A DNA stretch of 64,000 nt from Longimicrobiales bacterium (GTDB taxonomy: Bacteria; Gemmatimonadota; Gemmatimonadetes; Longimicrobiales; Gaopeijiaceae). The stretch's first letter is position 1; every line of letters starts with the position of its first letter. The DNA is taken from NCBI GenBank assembly GCA_965202985.1, contig CBDBCF010000001.1:2496001-2560000 (forward strand), given 5' to 3'. Of this stretch, positions 8,543 through 17,548 are shown piece by piece. The notes under the pieces are model-generated. The model searched no databases, was not told where the DNA came from, and saw only the letters and a program-made list of their open reading frames with translations. The translations under genes and the position numbers were made by a program.

Positions 8543-9604
8543 TCACGGTGTACCAAGCTCGGGAATCCAACCTTTGTGCGTCAGCTTGTTGATTGCGATG
8601 CGAATCTGCCGTTCCGTGAACTGGCGCTTGCGTGGACTCCATGCGTATGCACCGCGTATCGCGTCTGCCACCGATGCCGCGCATTCCTTGTCGACCACCC
8701 AGTGAACGGTAGACAACAACTCCATCCCGAAGGACGACTCAAAGCCCTCTACAAGGTCGGCCACCCGCAAGAAACGATCCTTCGTATCCGGACATTGCTC
8801 AAGAAACGCCCGAGCATCTTCAACGGCGCCGGGCACCAAGTCCAGCCGCTTCTGCGGGTTGTCGCCTCCGTCGGCGTATCCCGACACGAGATGCCCTTCG
8901 ACAGCATCGAGAACGTGTCGCAGGTTGTCGGCATATGGTCCATAGCGCGCCTTCCTGAACCGCAGACGTAGCGGCTCGCCGGCAATCTGCATGAAATACA
9001 TCAATTTGTGTACCTCCAACAATGTAACATACGGATCCAGGAGCGCCTGATTGTAGCATTGCATCAGTTGAACCAGGACCGCTCTGCCCGGAGTCATGGC
9101 AGGCACGTCTCGGGAGCGATTGATCCTGTTGTCGGCGGGACCGCTGCCCGGCTCGAACACCACGACCTCGACACCCTCCAGCTCCTTCAAGAAATCAAGT
9201 ATCCGTTGACGGACCGTCGACCACTCCAGTCCTCCAAGTCCGCTACCCAACGGCGGAATCGCCACTGACGAGATGCGCCGGGCGCGAATCTCTTCGGCTA
9301 GCGACACTAGTCCCGCTTCGATGTCCTCTATGCGACTCTTGCCACGCCAGTGACGTTTCGTAGGAAAGTTGATAATATACTTTGGAGACAAGACATCAGT
9401 TTCGAACACAAACACTTGCCCAGGTCGCATCTTGCCTTGTCTACACAACGACTGATACGCCTTGAAGTTATCGGGATACACTTTCTTGAATTGCAACGCG
9501 ACCCCGCGACCCATCACGCCTACGCAGTTGACTGTGTTGACCAAGGCTTCGGCCAGCTCGGAGTGAATGTCTCCTACCGTAAACCGAATCTTTGCCCCCG
9601 TCAT
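8543..9604 (-). CDS. darG: DarG antitoxin (macrodomain DNA ADP-ribosyl glycohydrolase + C-terminal domain)
   Basis: EALVNTVNCVGVMGRGVALQFK, IINFPTKRHWR, IPPLGSGLGGL, KLMYFMQ, YGPYA, GMELLSTVHW. Confidence 0.9.
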   Translation of the reverse strand: MTGAKIRFTVGDIHSELAEALVNTVNCVGVMGRGVALQFKKVYPDNFKAYQSLCRQGKMRPGQVFVFETDVLSPKYIINFPTKRHWRGKSRIEDIEAGLVSLAEEIRARRISSVAIPPLGSGLGGLEWSTVRQRILDFLKELEGVEVVVFEPGSGPADNRINRSRDVPAMTPGRAVLVQLMQCYNQALLDPYVTLLEVHKLMYFMQIAGEPLRLRFRKARYGPYADNLRHVLDAVEGHLVSGYADGGDNPQKRLDLVPGAVEDARAFLEQCPDTKDRFLRVADLVEGFESSFGMELLSTVHWVVDKECAASVADAIRGAYAWSPRKRQFTERQIRIAINKLTHKGWIPELGTP

Positions 9605-9607
9605 TTG

Positions 9608-10282
9608 TCAGTAGTACCAGTCGCGTCTGACTTCTACTGGCGGCCGGTGACGGCCGTGCGTCGCTACGAAGTACTTGGCCTGCTCGGCGATATCGTTCGA
9701 ATAGACTCCGATGCGCACGACCAGCTTCCATGGAAACTGCTTCTCCACAAGGAATTCGGCTTGCTTGCCGTGCTTTTGACTCGGCCATTTCGTCGCCTCG
9801 ACCGCGCTCCAATCAATCTCCTGCAGATCCGTCAAGTTGCAGCGATCTTCGAAGTACACGGCACCTGCGTTCGACAACGTGAACGCCCATCGTAGATCGT
9901 GTTCTTCCAACCAAGAAACCGTCGTGTGCAGGTCTGCCTCAAGATGAACAATAGGCTGCTGGCCGCCAGTGTAGATCATGCTCGGATGGTTGCGCCTGAA
10001 AATGACGTACAGCATTACGGATCGTGGACAAAAATAGAATGGAACGCAGTCGCCTACCGACAGATTGGAATGCGACGATAGAACATTGTTCCTGCGCCGG
10101 TCCTTTACTTCGTTCATGCCGATGGACGTTCCTTCGTTGGCCGCGGATTTTCGTTCCATTTCGGTATCGCACCACAGATGTCCATCGGCTATGATTGAAG
10201 GCAGCCGATCAATATGGACGATGTGGTAGATCATCGGATTGGCAGGCACTCTGGTGGTTGGCTTGTTGGTCGGTTGAACCAT
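9608..10282 (-). CDS. darT: DarT toxin, ssDNA thymidine ADP-ribosyltransferase (DUF4433)
   Basis: IYHIVHIDRLPSI, VPFYFCPRSVMLY, FTLSNA, KQAEFLV (catalytic Glu); directly upstream of darG. Confidence 0.9.
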   Translation of the reverse strand: MVQPTNKPTTRVPANPMIYHIVHIDRLPSIIADGHLWCDTEMERKSAANEGTSIGMNEVKDRRRNNVLSSHSNLSVGDCVPFYFCPRSVMLYVIFRRNHPSMIYTGGQQPIVHLEADLHTTVSWLEEHDLRWAFTLSNAGAVYFEDRCNLTDLQEIDWSAVEATKWPSQKHGKQAEFLVEKQFPWKLVVRIGVYSNDIAEQAKYFVATHGRHRPPVEVRRDWYY

Positions 10283-10403
10283 AGAGATCACACCTGTGTG
10301 GCGGGGATGTCCAGAAGCGATTTTGGACGATAGCTTCTCTCGCTGCTCGCCGCAACTGCGCCGAGATCGCGACGCAGGAATCTCCCGCAAGTTGGCTCGC
10401 GCC

Positions 10404-12014
10404 TTAGCGCCGCCCCCATGCCAGCTTTGCCTCCACCGACGGGTCGGGCGAGACGAACACGGTCTGAACGCGGTCCGGGACCACGACGCCGGGCGGAGCG
10501 CCTCTAGGCTTGCGGACCCGCTTGCGTCGGGTCCAGTCTACGGGGACATGCTGCGATCCGCGGGCGGCGGAACGGTTTGCCGCAAGGACGGCGGCTTCGT
10601 CCAAGTCGGCGGCGGGAGGGCGTTCCGGGCGCGTCCAGCGCAGGATCACGTGAGCGCCGGCGGCGTGCCGGGCGTGGAGCCAGACGTCGTCCGGGCGCGA
10701 GTGCCGGAACGTGAGGTCGTCGTTGCGGCGAGCGCCCCGGCCCACGCGGATCTCCAGTCCTCCCGAGCTTCGGTAGCGATGGTAGGGCAGGGCAGGCGGA
10801 GCGGCTCGGTTCGAGGCGTCGCTCCCAAGTGGCCGAATGCTCGGCAGGAGCAGGGCCAGTTCGTCGGCGGACAGATTGCCGGAAGCGTGGCGGCGGGCGG
10901 CGTCCTCCAACCTTGCCAGCGCGCCTTCGGCATCCTGGACTAGGACGTCTACCTTCGCCGCGCCGCGCTCCATCCGGGCGGCGCGCCGGAAGAGAGCGTT
11001 GGCGTGGTCCTGCGGTCGCGCGGCGGGGTCCAGCTCCAGCGTGCGCTCCCGGCCGTCGAACCCGACCAGCGCGACGCGGGCCGCGCCTGGCGAGACCCGG
11101 TGCAGGGAAGACAGGAGCAGGGCGCCGTCTTGCCGCAGTCGGTCGGCTTCGGCGGTTCGGTCCTGTTGGCTTCGCAGGCGTTCGATCCGCCGCCGGAGCC
11201 GCGCAATCTCGCGGTCGAGCGCAAGGGTCGCCGGATCCCTGGCCGCCGTCTCCATGCCCGCCAGCAGGCTGTCCAACGGAACGGCGCCTGGGTTCGACAG
11301 CGGCCACGGGTAGGGCTGGCGCCCCGTCGGCAGGTCCAGCAGGTGGGGGGCCGCATCCGCCCCTTTCGCCAGGCGCGTCCAACGGCGGAGCCCCTCCTCG
11401 GACCGGGGCGCGTCCAGCAGCCACGCCGCGTTCAAGGCCGACGTGTACGCCACCTCCGACAACAGGCGTCGGCGCTGCTCGTCGCGAGTCGTCCCCGCCA
11501 GAACCGCCTCCCACGTCTCGCGGCCCAGGTTGCCGTCCGCGCCGGCCCGGGGTCCCCGATTCCGCTTGGGCGGCGTCCAAGGGCACCCGACCGGCGGCGT
11601 TCCGCGCCCGCCCTCGCCCTTGATCGCCCGAAGCCGCTTGCGAACGACCAAGTCCGGCCCCTCCGCCAGCAGCGCGTTCCACCGGTTGGCGGCCAGCTCC
11701 AATACCAGCGAAGGATCGCCCGCTCGCCCGCGAACCCGTCGAAACCGCAAGACGATCACCCGCTCGTCGGGCAACGCCTGCGCCGACGCCAGCACGGCGG
11801 GAAGACGCGTCGCGTCCGGGTCCGGCTCCGACCCCGGCCCCAGCACCAAGTCGCCCCGCCCCGGCGACAGGTTCGCGTCCAAGGTTCGCCCCCGGAAGTG
11901 AACCCGCGCCACCCGGTCCGCATGCCGGAACGACAGCGCCGTCGCCCGGCTTCCCGCCAGCGCCGCTTCCAGCTCGCCGGCCACGGCCCGAGCCAGGCAC
12001 GGGTCCCAGATCAC
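10404..12014 (-). CDS. NFACT/RqcH (FbpA)-like protein
   Basis: C-terminal NFACT-R domain IRVGRGARRNDDLTF, WLHARHAAGAHVIL, VDWTRRKRVRKPRGAPPG; coiled-coil middle. Confidence 0.85.
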   Translation of the reverse strand: MIWDPCLARAVAGELEAALAGSRATALSFRHADRVARVHFRGRTLDANLSPGRGDLVLGPGSEPDPDATRLPAVLASAQALPDERVIVLRFRRVRGRAGDPSLVLELAANRWNALLAEGPDLVVRKRLRAIKGEGGRGTPPVGCPWTPPKRNRGPRAGADGNLGRETWEAVLAGTTRDEQRRRLLSEVAYTSALNAAWLLDAPRSEEGLRRWTRLAKGADAAPHLLDLPTGRQPYPWPLSNPGAVPLDSLLAGMETAARDPATLALDREIARLRRRIERLRSQQDRTAEADRLRQDGALLLSSLHRVSPGAARVALVGFDGRERTLELDPAARPQDHANALFRRAARMERGAAKVDVLVQDAEGALARLEDAARRHASGNLSADELALLLPSIRPLGSDASNRAAPPALPYHRYRSSGGLEIRVGRGARRNDDLTFRHSRPDDVWLHARHAAGAHVILRWTRPERPPAADLDEAAVLAANRSAARGSQHVPVDWTRRKRVRKPRGAPPGVVVPDRVQTVFVSPDPSVEAKLAWGRR

Positions 12015-12121
12015 GCTCCGCCTCCGTCCATGGCCGGAAGGTAGTGCCCATGGCGGCGCCGCAGCGCACGGTCGGCAGGTAAGCGCACCGCCCTGCCCGG
12101 CGATTGGTTATCTTCCCGTTC

Positions 12122-12598
12122 ATGAGCCGAGCCTTGAGGACAACCCTGTTGCTGCTCGCGTCTGCGGGGTTGCTGGTGCTTGTCGGGTCCGCCCTCGTGC
12201 GCTGGCTTCCGGAGACGGGCGGACAGGTGGACGATCCCCTGCTGTCGCCCGCCGCCAAGCGCGTCACCGTGGACGTGCGCAACGCCGGCGGCGTGGACGG
12301 GATGGCCCGAGCCGCCACCGGCCACCTGCGGAGCGCCGGCTTCGACGTGGTGGGCATAGGCAACGCCGCGCGCATGGACCTGGACTCGTCCGTGGTGATC
12401 GACCGGGTGGGCGACTTGCAGGCCGCCGCCGAAGTGGCGGAAGCGCTGGGGATCGCGCGGGTCGCCAGCCAGCCGGACTCGAATCTGTTCGTGGACGTGA
12501 CCGTGCAGTTGGGGGCGGACTGGCGAGTGGAGCGGGCCGAGCCGCCGGAGCGCAGGTCCGCCCTGGACTGGCTGCGCGACCTCGTGGGGTCTCGCTAA
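12122..12598 (+). CDS. LytR C-terminal domain protein, membrane anchored
   Basis: N-terminal TM; VDVRNAGGVDGMA..LRSAGFDVV.IGNA, DVTVQLGADW. Confidence 0.8.
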   Translation: MSRALRTTLLLLASAGLLVLVGSALVRWLPETGGQVDDPLLSPAAKRVTVDVRNAGGVDGMARAATGHLRSAGFDVVGIGNAARMDLDSSVVIDRVGDLQAAAEVAEALGIARVASQPDSNLFVDVTVQLGADWRVERAEPPERRSALDWLRDLVGSR

Positions 12599-12600
12599 TC

Positions 12601-13425
12601 GTGGCGACCGGACGCGGGCGCGGGAACCGGAAGAAGGGCGCGTCGCGCAGCGCGGGCGCGGCGGCCGACAAGCCCAAGACGGCGAAGCCGAAGCCGTCCC
12701 AGGGCGGGGCCGCGCTCGCGTTCGCATTCGTTTCTGCGCTTGCGCGGCGCCTCTACAAGTCCGAGTGGAGCCGCGTGCTGGTTCTCGCCCTGGCCTTGGT
12801 GATCGTGCTGCGGTCGTTCCTGTTCCAGACCTTCGTCATCACCTCCGGCTCGATGGAGAACACGTTGCTGGTGGGTGACTTTCTGGTCGTGAACCGCGCC
12901 GCCATCGGGTCGAAGGTGCCATTCACGAACATCCGCATTCCGGGCTACTCGAAGCCTCGCCGGGGAGACATCCTCGTGTTCGACCCCCACCACGAGGAGA
13001 ACCTGACCGTGGTCAAGCGGCTGGTGGGCGTCCCGGGCGACACGCTGGAGATGCGCAACAAGGTCCTGTACCTGAACGGGGCGCCCCAGGACGAACCCTA
13101 CGTCGTCAATGGCTCCGAGGACGACGCCTTCAGCCCCGACATGCTGTGGCAACGCGCGCACTTGGCCGCCGCCGCGGGCGCCCCGGAAGAGTACCGGCCA
13201 ACCCGCGACAGTTGGGGGCCGCTGGTGGTGCCGGAGGGGCGCTACTTCATGCTGGGCGACAGCCGTGACAGCAGCTTGGACTCGCGCTTCTGGGGCTTCC
13301 TGGAAGGGTGGCGGTTCGAAGGCCGGGCCGTGGCCATCTACTTCTCGTACAACAAGGGCTCCTTCCGCCCCTTCCCATGGGTCCGCGAGATCCGGGCCAG
13401 CCGGATCGGCATGCGGGTGCGCTGA
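12601..13425 (+). CDS. lepB: signal peptidase I
   Basis: SGSMENTLLVGD, RGDILVF, VVKRLVGVPGD, YFMLGDSRDSSLDSRFWG. Confidence 0.95.
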   Translation: MATGRGRGNRKKGASRSAGAAADKPKTAKPKPSQGGAALAFAFVSALARRLYKSEWSRVLVLALALVIVLRSFLFQTFVITSGSMENTLLVGDFLVVNRAAIGSKVPFTNIRIPGYSKPRRGDILVFDPHHEENLTVVKRLVGVPGDTLEMRNKVLYLNGAPQDEPYVVNGSEDDAFSPDMLWQRAHLAAAAGAPEEYRPTRDSWGPLVVPEGRYFMLGDSRDSSLDSRFWGFLEGWRFEGRAVAIYFSYNKGSFRPFPWVREIRASRIGMRVR

Positions 13426-14540
13426 TCGCGTTCGGCACGACCTAAGCGGGGGTCCCGCGCCGCCCGCAACTGACCGCAGGCCGCGTCGATCTCTCGTCCC
13501 CGGGGACGCCGGACGGCCACGGCCACGTCGGCGGCTTCAAGTTGGGCGGCGAACGCGCGCAGGCGGCTCTCGGGGCTGGGCCGCCAGTCCACGTCGGGGA
13601 TCGGGTTGAAGGGAATCAGGTTCACGAACGCGCCGGCGCGACGGGCCAGCGCGGCCAGGGGCGGCGCCAAGTCCAGGGCGTCGTTCACGTCGTGGATCAT
13701 GGTGTACTCGAAGGTGATCCGGCGGCCGCCCCGCCGGGCGAAGACGTCGAGAGCCTCCATGACCTGCCGCAGCGGATAGCGCTTCTCCAAGGGCACCAGC
13801 TCGGCGCGCAGGCTCGAGACGGGGGCGTGCAGGGACAGGGCCAAGCGGAACTGCTCCTCCCGCTCCGCCATGGCCAGGATGCCGGGGACCACGCCGACGG
13901 TGGAGACGGTGATTCGCCGAGCGCCGATTCCGTAGCCCGCGTTCAGGATCGACAGGGCGGGGAACACGTTCGGGCGGTTGACCAGCGGCTCGCCCATGCC
14001 CATGAAGACCACGTTGGTGACCGGACCTCGCCCGTGCTCCCGCGCCCAGCGCGCCGACGCCCTGTACTGGCCGACGATCTCCGCCGCCGACAGCTGGCGC
14101 TGGAAGCCCGACCAGCCCGTGGCGCAGAAGCGGCACGCGAGCGCGCAGCCGGCCTGGGACGAGATGCACAACGTCAGGCGCCCGCGAGCGGGGATCAGGA
14201 CGCTCTCCACGACGTCTCCGCACCGAAGGCGCCAAAGGTGCTTGGCCGTGCCGTCCTGCGATTCCGAAACCGCGTCCGGCACGGGCTCGTCCAGCCGAAA
14301 CGCCCGACCCAGCGCACGACGCTCGGCGACGGGAAGGTTGCTGATCGCGTCCGCGTCCGGTGTGCCGTCGCTGCCGAACACCCAGTCCAGCACCTGACGC
14401 GCTCGGTAGCTGGGCTGCCCCCGCTCCCCGAAGTGGGCCTCCAGCGCCTCTTGCAGCGGGTCGGGCGGCAGGCCGAACAGGTTCGGGCGGGATCTCGGCG
14501 GCGTATCGGCCTGGGGCACGTTCGTGGGGGTACGGTTCAC
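13338..14540 (-). CDS. rlmN: 23S rRNA m2A2503 / tRNA methyltransferase, radical SAM
   Basis: CISSQAGCALACRFCATG, MGMGEP, SLHAP, NLIPFNP, IDAACGQL; 3' end overlaps lepB. Confidence 0.95.
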   Translation of the reverse strand: MNRTPTNVPQADTPPRSRPNLFGLPPDPLQEALEAHFGERGQPSYRARQVLDWVFGSDGTPDADAISNLPVAERRALGRAFRLDEPVPDAVSESQDGTAKHLWRLRCGDVVESVLIPARGRLTLCISSQAGCALACRFCATGWSGFQRQLSAAEIVGQYRASARWAREHGRGPVTNVVFMGMGEPLVNRPNVFPALSILNAGYGIGARRITVSTVGVVPGILAMAEREEQFRLALSLHAPVSSLRAELVPLEKRYPLRQVMEALDVFARRGGRRITFEYTMIHDVNDALDLAPPLAALARRAGAFVNLIPFNPIPDVDWRPSPESRLRAFAAQLEAADVAVAVRRPRGREIDAACGQLRAARDPRLGRAERDQRTRMPIRLARISRTHGKGRKEPLLYEK

Positions 14541-14589
14541 GCAAGAAGTCGGGGAAGGGGGATCGGGGGCGACGGGGAACCATTAACTT

Positions 14590-14629
14590 TAGCCGCCGGG
14601 ATGTCCAGCTAGCCGCCGGGATGTCCAGC
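14590..14629. repeat. perfect 20-bp tandem duplication
   Basis: TAGCCGCCGGGATGTCCAGC x2 in the rlmN/aspS divergent gap. Confidence 0.9.
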
Positions 14630-14681
14630 GCCCCCCCGCCGGCGCCCGCCGGTCTGCGACGAACTGCCCGGAGACGATTGC

Positions 14682-16535
14682 GTGTCCAAATCCGAAACAA
14701 GCGCCACGACGATGCGCACCGCCGGTGCCGGCCAGATGAACCTCGAGCGCGTAGGCGAAGAGGTGCGCGTGGCGGGCTGGGTGCACCGGACGCGCAACTT
14801 GGGAGGGCTGGTGTTTCTGGACCTGCGCGACCGGTGGGGACTGCTCCAAGTGTCGATCGGTCCGGATTGGTCCGCGGCGGAGACCGTGGAGGCGGCGCGG
14901 AGCTTGGGCGCGGAAGACGTGGTGGCCGTGCGCGGCGTCGTCGCGGCTCGTCCGCAAGAGGCCCGGAACCCGGACATGGCCACTGGCGACGTCGAGCTGC
15001 AAGCCGCCCAGGTGCGCGTGCTCAACCGGGCGGAGACGCCGGCGATCCCCGTGTGCCGAGCGCCGGGCGAAGCGCTGCCGTCCGAGAAGCTCCGCCTGCG
15101 CCACCGGGTCCTGGACCTTCGGCGCGCCGAACTGCGGGAGCGGCTGGAGCTGCGCCACCGACTGGTCCTGGCGGCCCGGAACTACTTCGACGCCCAGGGA
15201 TTCAGCGAGATTGAGACGCCGATGCTGACGCGGCCGACGCCCGAAGGCGCACGGGACTTTCTGGTGCCCAGTCGCGTTCATCCCGGCGAGTTCTTCGCCC
15301 TTCCGCAGAGCCCGCAGATCTACAAGCAGGTCCTCATGGCGGCGGGGTTCGACCGCTACTTCCAGATCGCCCGATGCTTTCGCGACGAGGACCTGCGGGC
15401 GGATCGGCAGCCCGAGTTCACCCAGATCGACGTGGAGGCGTCGTTCGTCGAGCCCGAGGACGTCTACGGGTGGGGCGAGGGATTGACGGCCGTGCTGGCT
15501 GGGGCGGCCGGCGCCGAAGCCGAGCCCCCGTTCCCGCGCATGACGTGGGCCGACGCCATGGAGCGCTTCGGCACCGACCGGCCCGACCTGCGGTTCGGCC
15601 TGGAGATCGAGGACGCGACCGGCGTCCTGGGCGCGCTGGAGTCCAACATAGTCCGCGGCGCCGTGGCCGCCGGGGGGCGCTTGCGATGCCTGCGGCTGCC
15701 CGGCGGCGCGCGCCTTTCCCGCAAGGCGATCGATGCCCTGGAGGCGTCCGCCAGGGCCGCGGGCGCGCCGGGTCTTCTGTGGGCCAAGGCGACCGAGAGC
15801 GGGGCGTCGGGTCCCTTGGGCCGATTCTTCCGGGAGGACACGGCGGGGCGGCTGGGGCTGTGCGCGGGCGACCTGCTTCTGGCGGCTGCCGGCCCCGACT
15901 CCGTGACCTCGCCGGCGCTGGCCGCGGCCCGCGCGGCCGCGTTTGCCGCCCTCGACCTTCCCCGGACGACGGCCCATTCGTGGCTTTGGGTGACCGGCTT
16001 TCCCGTGTTCGAGCCCAGCTCGGCTGCGGGGGCAGTCGTCTCCGATGCCAGCCCCGGCCCACAGTCGGTGCCCCCGTCGCTGGCGGCCAACCACCACCCC
16101 TTCGTCCAGCCCCATCCGGACGACCTGCACCTGCTCGACACGGACCCGCTGGCGGTGCGGGGCTTGGCCTACGACCTGGTCTACAACGGCAGCGAACTGG
16201 GCTCGGGCAGCATCCGCGTCCACGACGCCGACCTGCAAGCCCGCATTCTGGGGATGCTCGGACTGGCGCCGGCCGAGATCAAGGCCAAGTTCGGCTTTCT
16301 GCTGGAGGCGCTGCGCTCCGGCGCGCCGCCCCACGGAGGGATCGCCCTGGGCGTGGACCGCATCGCGGCTTGCCTGTCCGGAGCGACCAGCCTGCGGGAG
16401 GTGGTCGCCTTCCCCAAGACGACGGCTGCGCGCGCCCTCTTCGAAGGCGCCCCCGTCGCGGTCCCCGCCGGCGAGCTGGCCGAGCTGGCCATCGCCGTGA
16501 CCGACGACGACGCCCCCGACGAGGCCGGGTCGTGA
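14682..16535 (+). CDS. aspS: aspartate--tRNA ligase
   Basis: FLDLRDR, TPEGARDFLVP, LPQSPQIYKQ, CFRDEDLRADRQPEFTQID, GAPPHGGIALG.DR. Confidence 0.97.
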   Translation: MSKSETSATTMRTAGAGQMNLERVGEEVRVAGWVHRTRNLGGLVFLDLRDRWGLLQVSIGPDWSAAETVEAARSLGAEDVVAVRGVVAARPQEARNPDMATGDVELQAAQVRVLNRAETPAIPVCRAPGEALPSEKLRLRHRVLDLRRAELRERLELRHRLVLAARNYFDAQGFSEIETPMLTRPTPEGARDFLVPSRVHPGEFFALPQSPQIYKQVLMAAGFDRYFQIARCFRDEDLRADRQPEFTQIDVEASFVEPEDVYGWGEGLTAVLAGAAGAEAEPPFPRMTWADAMERFGTDRPDLRFGLEIEDATGVLGALESNIVRGAVAAGGRLRCLRLPGGARLSRKAIDALEASARAAGAPGLLWAKATESGASGPLGRFFREDTAGRLGLCAGDLLLAAAGPDSVTSPALAAARAAAFAALDLPRTTAHSWLWVTGFPVFEPSSAAGAVVSDASPGPQSVPPSLAANHHPFVQPHPDDLHLLDTDPLAVRGLAYDLVYNGSELGSGSIRVHDADLQARILGMLGLAPAEIKAKFGFLLEALRSGAPPHGGIALGVDRIAACLSGATSLREVVAFPKTTAARALFEGAPVAVPAGELAELAIAVTDDDAPDEAGS

Positions 16536-17548
16536 CGGGCGTCGCGCAGGTCCGCCAAGTCGACGCCGAAGGGGCGGACCCCCTGATCCTGGCGGGCGTG
16601 GGCGACGCCAACCTGCGCGAGCTGGCCTCCCTGTTCCGCGTCCGCGTCGTGCTGCGCGACGACCAGGTCAGATTGGCGGGGGACGCGGACTCGGTGGCGG
16701 GGGCGGCTCGCGTGGTCGGCCACATGGTGCAGATGGCGCGCCTCGGGCGGTCATTTCGGTCCGGGGATGTGGTCCGGTTCGCCACCACCCTGCACGACGG
16801 CGACGAAGCCGCCGCCCCGTCCGACGACGAGCCCCTCCGTCTGTCGCTCCCCGGAGGGCGGGTCGTGGCCGCCCGCTCGGACGGGCAGCGCGCCTACCTC
16901 CAAGCCATGGAGGACTCGGACGTGGTGGTCGGCATCGGTCCGGCCGGGACGGGCAAGACCTACTTGGCGGTGGCGCAGGCCGTGGGGGCGCTCATGCGCA
17001 AGCGCGTCCGGCGCATCGTCCTGGCGCGCCCGGCGGTGGAGGCCGGCGAGAGCCTGGGGTTCCTTCCCGGCGACGTGCAGGAGAAGGTGGACCCGTACCT
17101 GCGGCCGCTCTACGACGCCTTGGAGGACATGCTGCCGCCCGCCCGCGTCCGACGGGGAATCGCCGAGCGCGCCATCGAAGTCGCGCCCCTTGCCTACATG
17201 CGGGGCCGCACCCTGTCGGACGCATTCGTGATCCTGGACGAGGCCCAGAACGCCACGGCGGTTCAGATGAAGATGTTCCTGACGCGACTGGGCGTGAACT
17301 CGCGGGTCGTCATCACCGGCGACAAGACCCAGATCGACCTGCCTCGGCGCGACCAGTCGGGGCTGCTCCAAGTCGAGAAGGTCCTCAAGCACGTGGACGG
17401 GATCGAGTTCGTGTACCTGGACGCCAAGGACGTGACCCGTCATCGCTTGGTCAAGAAGATCATCCGGGCCTACGAGGCGGCGGGCGGCGACCCGGCGCAG
17501 AGCGCGGGCGACGCGGACGACCGCGCCGAGCAAGGTTCGCGCCGGTGA
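16532..17548 (+). CDS. phoH: PhoH-family ATPase (YbeZ-like)
   Basis: GPAGTGKTYLA, RPAVEAGESLGFLPGD, YMRGRTL, LDEAQN, TGDKTQIDLP. Confidence 0.93.
   Translation: MTGVAQVRQVDAEGADPLILAGVGDANLRELASLFRVRVVLRDDQVRLAGDADSVAGAARVVGHMVQMARLGRSFRSGDVVRFATTLHDGDEAAAPSDDEPLRLSLPGGRVVAARSDGQRAYLQAMEDSDVVVGIGPAGTGKTYLAVAQAVGALMRKRVRRIVLARPAVEAGESLGFLPGDVQEKVDPYLRPLYDALEDMLPPARVRRGIAERAIEVAPLAYMRGRTLSDAFVILDEAQNATAVQMKMFLTRLGVNSRVVITGDKTQIDLPRRDQSGLLQVEKVLKHVDGIEFVYLDAKDVTRHRLVKKIIRAYEAAGGDPAQSAGDADDRAEQGSRR

Noticed and set aside
13338..13425. Convergent overlap of rlmN and lepB as a functional feature
   Set aside because: Non-conserved tail after AACGQL; common in high-GC genomes or due to an indel
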